Assembly (NCBI GenBank): GCA_049423385.1 | Contig: JBMSQQ010000052.1 | Location: forward strand, 1 to 24,095 | DNA from: Silvanigrellaceae bacterium | GTDB lineage: Bacteria > Bdellovibrionota_B > Oligoflexia > Silvanigrellales > Silvanigrellaceae | Length of the DNA: 24,095 bases | Reading direction: 5' to 3' | Part shown: positions 7,431-14,766 of the stretch, piece after piece | Position numbering within the stretch: the first letter of the stretch is position 1 | Layout: each line of letters begins with the position of its first letter | The notes under the pieces: generated by a model | The model's input: the letters and a program-made list of their open reading frames with translations, nothing else | Told to the model about the DNA's origin: nothing | Database searches by the model: none | Program-made: the position numbers and the translations under genes

Positions 7431-9509
7431 TCATTCCGTTTCGGCAGTGCCTTTTTTTTCACTCGCTTTGGCCGCGAAAAATGCAACGACGTTTTCAGCG
7501 ACAGCAGAAGGCAATCCCGCACGTTCCATCAGTTCGGACGAACTTGCCTTGGAAATATTTTCGATACTCTTGAATTCCAGCAAAAGGGCCTTGCGACGTT
7601 TGGGCCCAAGACCAGAAATCTCGGTCAACAAACTGCGCAGACTCTTGCCGTCGCGCTTCTTTCTATGAAAGCTGATGGCAAATCTGTGGGCTTCATTTCG
7701 CACCTGGGTAATGAGCTGAAATTCAGGGCTGCCAACCTCGAGAATTTTTGTTTCGGGCGACTTCTCAGGATTCAACTCCGCGTTTTCGTTTCGCCGCGGC
7801 AAAACCAACCGTTCATTGCTCGCACGAAGGTTTTTGGATCGAAATTCGCTACGGGTTCTGGATTTGGCAATTCCAACGAGCGGTACAGAGTCCAGTCCCA
7901 AACTCTTCAGAATCCAGGCCACCTCACGCACTTGCGGTTCTCCGCCATCCACCAACAACAGGTCAGGAATTTCGTGCCGACGCTCCTCGCGGAAGCGTCG
8001 GCGAATCACTTCCCGCAGACTCGCAAAGTCATCTTGGCCAACAACATCTCTGATGGTGTACTTGCGGTATTCGTTTTTTGCGGGAAGTCCTTGCCTGAAT
8101 ACAACTCCCGAAGCGACTGTCGAACCACCTTGGAATGTCGAAATGTCGTAGCATTCAATCCAGTTGGGCAACTTTGGCAGTGCCAAGAATTCCTGCACGC
8201 CCGACATTCTTCGTTGAGCTGCATCATCGGCATTGATGCTCTCCTGCAGTTTTGTCTTTGCATTCTCCGAAACCATCTCACACAGGCCCGAAAAAGCATC
8301 CAAAAACATTTTCTTGTGCGTGCCTTTCATCTTCTTCGCAATTGCTGGACTTCGGCTGAAGCTCAAATGAATTTCTTTTGCCGAACGATTCTGTCTTTGC
8401 CCTTGATCAGTTTCCATTGCAGTCAGAAGAAGGCTCAGCCGCTCTCGCTTTTCAGTGGTGAGAAAATCATCCCCGGTCGGCAAGAAAACCTGCGCCGGGA
8501 TCTCGTGAGTGGCATAGAACTGGCCGACGACCTGAAAGACAAACTCACTTTTTGCTTCCACGTCGATTCGCGCGGGTTGACTTTTGTCATCGAGTGAAAG
8601 ATCGACAACTCGCTCGAGTCCGTCGCGAATAACGTGTGCATTTCCGCCAATCAGCTTTCCGTCGCGCACCACCGCAAAATAAACTGCCACCGCGCTGCTG
8701 CTCCAGGCAAAATCGATCACATCGGCATCAAACCCGGGTAAAAGGGTGACGCTCTGTTGCTGAGCCAACTTTTCGAGTGCCCGCAGCTGATCCCTGAGCA
8801 TGGCAGCTTTCTCGTAATTCATTGCGTGCGCCGCGATCTGCATGTCGACCTTCAACTTCTGAGCGAGCTCTTGGCTCTTCCCCGCCAAAAGCGAAAGCAC
8901 ACGCTCGACGAGGTCGCTGTAAACCGCCTTTTCAACGGGCAATTTACAGGGTCCCAGACAGCGCTTGATGGAATGGTAATTGCACGGACGGGTGACAGTC
9001 CTGAAGACGTTGGGTGTACATTTCACGAGTGGAAAGAAGCGTTGGACGACGCTCTGGGTCGCCTGCAATTCCGCAGCATTGGAATATGGCCCAAAATAGG
9101 CACCTCCATCGCTCTTTCTGCGGCGGGTTTGAATGACACGAGGCCATTCCTCCTCGAGGGTCACCTTCAGATAGGGGTAGGTTTTGTCGTCACGCAGGAG
9201 GATGTTGTAGGGAGGCCTGTGGTGCTTGATCAGGTTGTTTTCCAGCAACAAGGACTCGTTCTCATTGTCCACAACGATAAACTCGAAATCCTGAATCCTT
9301 GCCACCAGCGCCCGGGTTTTCGGAGTATGACGCTCCAACCCTGTGAAATAACTTCTTAACCTGTTTTGAAGATTTTTTGCCTTACCAACATACAAAACTT
9401 TCCCCTCGGACGATTTGTGGATATAGACTCCTGGAAGATGAGGGACGTTGGCCAGCCTCTGCCTGAGGGCAGCCAATCGCTGATCCGTGGTCCGGTGTGG
9501 TTCAACCAT
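7431..9509 (-). CDS. uvrC: Excinuclease ABC subunit C
   Basis: GIY-YIG domain (PGVY..LYVGKAKNL), Cys cluster C..RPC..RCLGPC, UVR helix YEKAAMLRD, IECYDIS and VDGG endonuclease domain, RNEAHRFAI, and HhH (GLGPKR). Start uncertain: ATG 9509, GTG 9536 or TTG 9590. Confidence 0.96.
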   Translation of the reverse strand: MVEPHRTTDQRLAALRQRLANVPHLPGVYIHKSSEGKVLYVGKAKNLQNRLRSYFTGLERHTPKTRALVARIQDFEFIVVDNENESLLLENNLIKHHRPPYNILLRDDKTYPYLKVTLEEEWPRVIQTRRRKSDGGAYFGPYSNAAELQATQSVVQRFFPLVKCTPNVFRTVTRPCNYHSIKRCLGPCKLPVEKAVYSDLVERVLSLLAGKSQELAQKLKVDMQIAAHAMNYEKAAMLRDQLRALEKLAQQQSVTLLPGFDADVIDFAWSSSAVAVYFAVVRDGKLIGGNAHVIRDGLERVVDLSLDDKSQPARIDVEAKSEFVFQVVGQFYATHEIPAQVFLPTGDDFLTTEKRERLSLLLTAMETDQGQRQNRSAKEIHLSFSRSPAIAKKMKGTHKKMFLDAFSGLCEMVSENAKTKLQESINADDAAQRRMSGVQEFLALPKLPNWIECYDISTFQGGSTVASGVVFRQGLPAKNEYRKYTIRDVVGQDDFASLREVIRRRFREERRHEIPDLLLVDGGEPQVREVAWILKSLGLDSVPLVGIAKSRTRSEFRSKNLRASNERLVLPRRNENAELNPEKSPETKILEVGSPEFQLITQVRNEAHRFAISFHRKKRDGKSLRSLLTEISGLGPKRRKALLLEFKSIENISKASSSELMERAGLPSAVAENVVAFFAAKASEKKGTAETE

Positions 9510-9559
9510 ACCGCTCTGTTCCTTTCGCCCTGTCACGTCACCACCAAGGAGAGACTCTG

Positions 9560-10888
9560 GTGAGTCAATACTCTCAACTCCATCTGACAAACGACTCGTT
9601 CATTTATGCTTGCCAATCGGAATTCGCAGCACGCACGAAAAAAGACGGTTCGTTCAATTCTCATCTTCGCTACGAAGAATTCCTGACCGGAAATTTCCAG
9701 CGGCCAGAAAATCCAACGATGAAGGATTTTTCGCAAGTCGTTCTGGCCATTGCGCGCCACCACAGCCAGGCGACTCCCCAGTTTCGCAGACACGAGCCAA
9801 TTAATCTAGAAACTGTTTCCTATTTCACCTGTGCAATTGCCACACTGTTCGCTGACCTCGAATCAGCGTGCCGTGAATTTTTCGGAACCGGTCTGCCCAT
9901 CATTCCAGAAAATCCGCCCGAATATTCCACCGAAGCCCCTTTTGCCAATGCGCTTCTGAATGCCCGTTCGGCCTGGTTGGCTCAACCCGCATCCGATGCC
10001 GCAGACAGCGACGCCTTCGCAGCATTTCCGCGGAGCGAATTTCCATCTGTCACGACGGAACTTCAGGCTCAAACATGGTCGTGTGAAATTTGGGATCTGC
10101 TTGCCGATGCTTTGTTTGCTTCGCTGGGCGACTATGCAGACGCTGCCATGGGATTCGCGTATTGGAAGTACCAGCAATCACCCGAACGAGCTGCAATCGA
10201 TTGGCGCATTCGTCCACCCGTGGGCGAAGCATATGCCAAAGCATTCAAGCCACTGCTGAGAAGTGCACGTGGAGATCGCGGCGACAGAGGCGATCGCGGA
10301 GGCCGACCCGACCGTGGTGATCGCGGCGACAGAGGCGATCGCGGTGGACGTCCCGACCGTGGTGATCGCGGCGACAGAGGCGATCGTGGTGGCCGTCCCG
10401 ACCGGGGAGAACGTGGCGACAGAGGCGAACGTCGGCCTCATCACGCCGAACGTGCTGCCCAGCCTGGTCACACCGAACGTCCGGACAACAGGGAATTCGA
10501 ACGCAAGGCCGAAACCGAGTCGCAACCTGGCTCAGCTGAGCGCCAAGAACGAGCACCAAGAGAACACAAGCCGCGCGAGTCGCGACACGAAAATCCTCGC
10601 CGCGGAGGTGGAGACCGCAACAGATCCGATCGACCACAACGCGGTTCAGGTGGCCAGCCGGGAGCCGGCCAGTCGAGCGAACAGCAGTTGTTTGAAGCGC
10701 TGGAGGAAGTTCGCGTGGCAGCTGCTTCGCTGAAGCAGAACCCAGGTCAGGGTGAAGTTCAACTCAAGCCGAACAACAGCTTTATCCGCCGCCAACAGCA
10801 CAGCCTCGCGGTCGAAATGGGTTTCGACACAGAAAGTCGCGGTGAAGGCAAGGATCGCGGCGTCGTTCTGCGGATGACTCAAGGTTGA
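9560..10888 (+). CDS. Putative RNA-binding protein: unknown N-terminal domain, RG/RGG-rich disordered region, C-terminal R3H domain
   Basis: C-terminal LKPNNSFIRRQQH...TESRGEGKDRGVVL fits R3H (RxxxH at 10787-10801). GTG 9560 lies 8 nt after AAGGAG (9546-9551). Confidence 0.75.
   Translation: MSQYSQLHLTNDSFIYACQSEFAARTKKDGSFNSHLRYEEFLTGNFQRPENPTMKDFSQVVLAIARHHSQATPQFRRHEPINLETVSYFTCAIATLFADLESACREFFGTGLPIIPENPPEYSTEAPFANALLNARSAWLAQPASDAADSDAFAAFPRSEFPSVTTELQAQTWSCEIWDLLADALFASLGDYADAAMGFAYWKYQQSPERAAIDWRIRPPVGEAYAKAFKPLLRSARGDRGDRGDRGGRPDRGDRGDRGDRGGRPDRGDRGDRGDRGGRPDRGERGDRGERRPHHAERAAQPGHTERPDNREFERKAETESQPGSAERQERAPREHKPRESRHENPRRGGGDRNRSDRPQRGSGGQPGAGQSSEQQLFEALEEVRVAAASLKQNPGQGEVQLKPNNSFIRRQQHSLAVEMGFDTESRGEGKDRGVVLRMTQG
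10268..10432 (+). repeat. In-frame 45-bp tandem repeat, 3 full copies plus a partial, encoding RGDRGDRGDRGGRPD
   Basis: Units start at 10268, 10313, 10358 and 10403, with an internal 9-bp RGD subperiod. Confidence 0.92.
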
Positions 10889-10904
10889 GAATCGGCGAGT
10901 GATC

Positions 10905-10950
10905 AAAAAAAAGCAGGCGCGATGAATCAGTCTCGCGCCTGCTTTTTTTT
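10905..10950 (+). terminator. Strong intrinsic terminator with symmetric A8/T8 flanks
   Basis: A8, GCAGGCGCGA, 10-nt loop, TCGCGCCTGC, T8; starts 16 nt after the R3H gene stop. Confidence 0.93.
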
Positions 10951-10956
10951 GCGTGC

Positions 10957-12327
10957 ATGTCGTCAAACATGCTTCATCGATTCAACCTGATTGGGGAAAA
11001 TCACCACTCCCCACAGAACACATTTTTCTTTGATTCAAAAAGCCAAATTGAAAAATTGATGGCGAACGCCTCCAGATGTTTACCCATCTGGTTGCTCATG
11101 GTTAGCATGCTTCTTTCAAAAAACCAGAGGAACGCAGATTCGCATCTCCAGGACTGGTCGCGCCTCGAATTCTTTCAACAAATCAGGGAGCGAAGCATCG
11201 ATTTCGCAGACCGCGATCCCGAAATTGCCGAACTGAGATTGAACTTTCTCTCAAACACGAAAATCAAAAATGAAAATCTCATGAATGAATTCCGCGAAGC
11301 GGGATTGTCCCACCTCTTGGCGCTTTCGGGTGGGCAAACAGGGCCGGCAGCAACGGTCATTTGCCACACCTTGGTCGTTGTTGTCTGCCTTCTGCTCAGG
11401 GGGCTCTTCCCGCGCCTCAATGCCAGGTGTTTTCTCAATGCCTTGCGTCTCTTCTCACTCCTCGTGCAATCGACGATTTTGCTTTTCCTCGTCGGACTTT
11501 ACCAGAGCACAGGAGCACTCACTCGAAGCCTTGCAAGCCAGATGACTCGTGGAGCTCTTGCACTCTCGGTGCTCAAAAGCAGCGGCGACAGCAAGGGTGT
11601 CAAATGGCTCTCCACATTTTCAATCTGTTCACCCTGGTTGCTGAGTTGGCTGTGGCATCAAAATCCCGCATACGACCTTTCCTTCATTTTGTCGCTGATG
11701 GGAGGTCTCACAGCCAGTCTTCAATTTCATCTGGTCAGCAGGCTCATCGAATTCAAAAAGCCCGAACAGAAAAAGAACAGTATTCTGGAAACCAAACTGC
11801 ATTATATTTTGAACCATCGACTCGTGGGCTGCTGTCTTCATTGGACAATGACAACTGCAATGACAAGTGCAGCAATGACATTCATGACATTGCCCTTGTG
11901 GCCCGCAGGTCATCTTCCCGACAAAATTTTCGCAAATCTTCTGGCGGGTCCGTGCGTGTTGTTTATCGTGACTCCCGCTTCTCTTGCTGTTTGTCTGGGT
12001 GTTCTCATTGAGTCGAATTCATGGACGCTACTTTCCCAAAAGTTCCTTTCATTCGGACTCCACCTTTTGCGCGAGATCGCACGCGCATTCTCGACAGGAC
12101 CGCAATTCGGTGAACTGATGAATAACAATGGGCCGAATCTTGAAGTGCAAATGTTCGTCGAATTTCAACCCACACTGATCATGGTCGCCGAAATTGCGGT
12201 TCTCTATTTTTGCCTGGAGGTTGTCCGGGAAAAAGGAAGGGGTGCCGGCCCAAAAGGCAGAGTGTGGCAGACTCAACCCACTGAAAGACGGAGCCCTGAC
12301 TCACACCCCCTCGAGAGAATCAGCTAA
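10957..12327 (+). CDS. ComEC/Rec2-family competence-domain membrane protein (divergent)
   Basis: AGLSHLLALSG, G..TRS, LSFILS and ANLLAGP motifs with multiple hydrophobic helices. Start uncertain (ATG 11059 is an alternative). Confidence 0.72.
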   Translation: MSSNMLHRFNLIGENHHSPQNTFFFDSKSQIEKLMANASRCLPIWLLMVSMLLSKNQRNADSHLQDWSRLEFFQQIRERSIDFADRDPEIAELRLNFLSNTKIKNENLMNEFREAGLSHLLALSGGQTGPAATVICHTLVVVVCLLLRGLFPRLNARCFLNALRLFSLLVQSTILLFLVGLYQSTGALTRSLASQMTRGALALSVLKSSGDSKGVKWLSTFSICSPWLLSWLWHQNPAYDLSFILSLMGGLTASLQFHLVSRLIEFKKPEQKKNSILETKLHYILNHRLVGCCLHWTMTTAMTSAAMTFMTLPLWPAGHLPDKIFANLLAGPCVLFIVTPASLAVCLGVLIESNSWTLLSQKFLSFGLHLLREIARAFSTGPQFGELMNNNGPNLEVQMFVEFQPTLIMVAEIAVLYFCLEVVREKGRGAGPKGRVWQTQPTERRSPDSHPLERIS

Positions 12328-12361
12328 AATTCCGATAAGATGCCAAACTAGGGGGGCGAGG

Positions 12362-12664
12362 ATGCAAATTAATAGAAAATTGAGTCTTTTTGCAGTCTTG
12401 TCGTTGCTCATTTTGCCAATGGCAGCACTTTCAGCGCCCAAGAACAGCTCCGGAGGCCGAAAAGGCCTGGAAGACAGCAAATCAGTGAAATACAAATCAA
12501 AAACCGAAGTGAACTTTGATGACGCAACAATCGAAGGTTCAGTGCGGACACCCTTTGGCCAGGGCATCAGCTCACGAGACCAAAAGTTCAGCCGGAACTT
12601 CATCAATGTGCGCAAAAACTTCCACGACCAAATGCTTCTCAGCACGGGCGGCATTTCACCGTAA
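12362..12664 (+). CDS. Small exported protein resembling gliding-motility protein CglF/GltF
   Basis: Signal peptide followed by KY..KT.VNFDDATIEG...P.G...R......N.I.VR.NF.D, which matches my recollection of the myxobacterial CglF pattern. ATG 12362 follows a G-rich RBS. Confidence 0.72.
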   Translation: MQINRKLSLFAVLSLLILPMAALSAPKNSSGGRKGLEDSKSVKYKSKTEVNFDDATIEGSVRTPFGQGISSRDQKFSRNFINVRKNFHDQMLLSTGGISP

Positions 12665-12673
12665 CCCCATCTG

Positions 12674-14689
12674 TCATTGTCCCAAAAGCTCCTGCAACCG
12701 ATCCTCGTTGAGAATCGGAATCCCGAGCTTTTTGGCCTGAACATATTTCGATGAACCAGATTCCTCGTTGCACACAAGATAGTGGGTTTTCGAGGTCACA
12801 GATGAAGCCACCTTGGCGCCCACCCGTTCCAGCTTGCGCGCATAGATTTCTCGAGGTTGAGACAACGCTCCGGTGATACAAACCGTCTTTCCGGTCAGAG
12901 GATGATCAGCGAGATGCGCTCTTTCTTGTGCAGTGGTGTCTGGCTCGACGTTCACAAGTGTGAGCAGTTCGTCAATCCACGCTCGTCGTCCCTGCAACGA
13001 TTCAACAAAGTCGCTGGCTGACTTTTCTGCCCAACCTTTCTCACCTGCAAGATCCTCGGCGGAAGCTGCCAGCACTTTCTCAAGAGTTGAATACTTGGCC
13101 GCGACCTCTCGACATTTCACCAAGCCACCGCGCTTGAGCCCAAGTGCCGCAAGAAATATTGCAAGCGGAATATTTTTTTTCTGCTGAATTGAGGCAATCA
13201 AATTCTCAGCAGAGCGACGTGCAAATCCATCGAGCGACTGCGCATCTTCAATACGAAGCCGAAAGAAGTCGGCTGGCGACTTGAGCAATCCAGCTTCACG
13301 CAACTTAGAAACGGTGCGCTCCGACAGACCAAGAATTTCAAGCGTCTGGGCAAAATACAAAAAACTCTCTTGATCCTTGGTTGGACATGAAAGATTTGGC
13401 TGCGAACAGAAAAGATCCGGGCCAGATGAAGTCAGCGGGTATCCGCAAGGACATTCGACAGGCATCTCGTAGGGTGTTGCAGAGGGTTTTTCGAGTCCAA
13501 TGATAGATGGAATCACCTCACCGCTTCGAGTGATCCTGACATGAGCTCCCGGAGCATATCCTCCAACCCGAATAAACTCGGCGTTGTGCAGCGTTGCAAA
13601 GGAAATCTGCGCGCCTGAAAGTTGAACAGGTCGCACCTGCGCCCGAAAAGTGACCTTTCCGCTGCGGCCTATGCTTGTTTCGATGGCTAGAATTTCAGTG
13701 ATTGCACTTTCACTCTCCTGCTTGAAAGCAATGCTTCCGCGCGGATGATGACTGGTTGTTCCAAGTGCTTCAAAAAGAATTTCATCATTGATTCGCAGCA
13801 CCAATCCATCGATTTGATGATCCCTGGTCCTCGCAAAACATTCCGCCACGAAGCTTTGAACGTCTCCATTCAACACGTCGTTGCCAACAATTCGAGTGGT
13901 GGACTCGGGCAAACCGGTGTCGAAGCAGAGACTCTGAAGAAATTTGAGCTTGCCGAAATATTTTTCAAGTTGCATTGCCGGTTGGACTTTTGCCACCTCG
14001 GATGCAGTCAATGGTGCATCCGATCCGTTTGCCACAGGAGTTCTGAATACAAGAAAATCATACGCCCGGAATCGCAAGACATTGAGCACATCAATGGCTT
14101 CATCAACCTCTTTTCTTCCAAATGTTCCAGGAACCGCATTTCTGTAACTGTCGAATCTTTCCGAAAAGGGTTGGAATTCGTTGATTGGAAAATACATTTC
14201 GCCGCGCACTTCAAGGCGCATACCCGACCATGCTTCAGCGAGTTTCAATTGCTTTGGAAGGCTGAGCACATGCATCACGTGTGCACTGACATCCTCACCC
14301 ATCGTTCCATTCCCTCGGGTGCTGGCGCGCGTCAACCGGCCTTCGTGATCGAATTCCAAAGACATTGCCATGCCATCGACCTTGTCACTGACAACCAACT
14401 CACGCCCATCTGCGAAGGAAATGATGTCGGCTGAATCGTATGTTTTAGCGAGCGACAACATGGGTGGACGATGCGGGACTTTTTGGCTGGAATCTCTGAG
14501 TTTGTAGCCAACAAAACTCAAGGCAGGGTGATTCGGAGCCAAGGTGCGAAGTTCATTTTCCATCGCGTCATAGGCTTCGTCGCTGATGGCAGCTCTGCCA
14601 AGATAATAAAGTTCTTTGTATAGCAGAATTTGTGATGCCAATCGCTCGATTTTGGCCTGGGCAGATGAATTCAATGACGACTGTTCCAT
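12674..14689 (-). CDS. ligA: NAD-dependent DNA ligase
   Basis: YY..ISDEAYD, PMLSL, KVDG adenylation motif, EVRGE, DGLV, OB fold (ATLHN, RSGEVIP), Zn finger, HhH and C-terminal BRCT. Confidence 0.96.
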   Translation of the reverse strand: MEQSSLNSSAQAKIERLASQILLYKELYYLGRAAISDEAYDAMENELRTLAPNHPALSFVGYKLRDSSQKVPHRPPMLSLAKTYDSADIISFADGRELVVSDKVDGMAMSLEFDHEGRLTRASTRGNGTMGEDVSAHVMHVLSLPKQLKLAEAWSGMRLEVRGEMYFPINEFQPFSERFDSYRNAVPGTFGRKEVDEAIDVLNVLRFRAYDFLVFRTPVANGSDAPLTASEVAKVQPAMQLEKYFGKLKFLQSLCFDTGLPESTTRIVGNDVLNGDVQSFVAECFARTRDHQIDGLVLRINDEILFEALGTTSHHPRGSIAFKQESESAITEILAIETSIGRSGKVTFRAQVRPVQLSGAQISFATLHNAEFIRVGGYAPGAHVRITRSGEVIPSIIGLEKPSATPYEMPVECPCGYPLTSSGPDLFCSQPNLSCPTKDQESFLYFAQTLEILGLSERTVSKLREAGLLKSPADFFRLRIEDAQSLDGFARRSAENLIASIQQKKNIPLAIFLAALGLKRGGLVKCREVAAKYSTLEKVLAASAEDLAGEKGWAEKSASDFVESLQGRRAWIDELLTLVNVEPDTTAQERAHLADHPLTGKTVCITGALSQPREIYARKLERVGAKVASSVTSKTHYLVCNEESGSSKYVQAKKLGIPILNEDRLQELLGQ

Positions 14690-14766
14690 GGTTCCGGCTC
14701 ACCTCTGTCAATGGGACACAGATTGAACCGAAACACACTGGCTATCAACTTCGAGACTTGCCTTTT

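Noticed and set aside
10268..10432. CRISPR-like array or integrin-binding RGD adhesin
   Set aside because: The repeats are contiguous, in-frame and have no spacers. The protein has no export signal and ends in a cytoplasmic R3H domain.
10178..10733. Alternative-frame repeat ORFs (VVIAATEAIA, ASVAAITTVG, RRDHHGRD)
   Set aside because: By-products of the stop-free 45-bp repeat in other frames.
12255..12310. Possible riboswitch upstream of the CglF-like gene (GTGTG...CACAC pairing with a GAAA)
   Set aside because: Pairing is short, it lies within the ComEC-like ORF, and it does not fit the c-di-GMP riboswitch consensus.
13173..13180. T8 homopolymer in ligA (also 7452-7459 in uvrC) as phase-variation tracts
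   Set aside because: Short Lys-codon runs in intact housekeeping genes.
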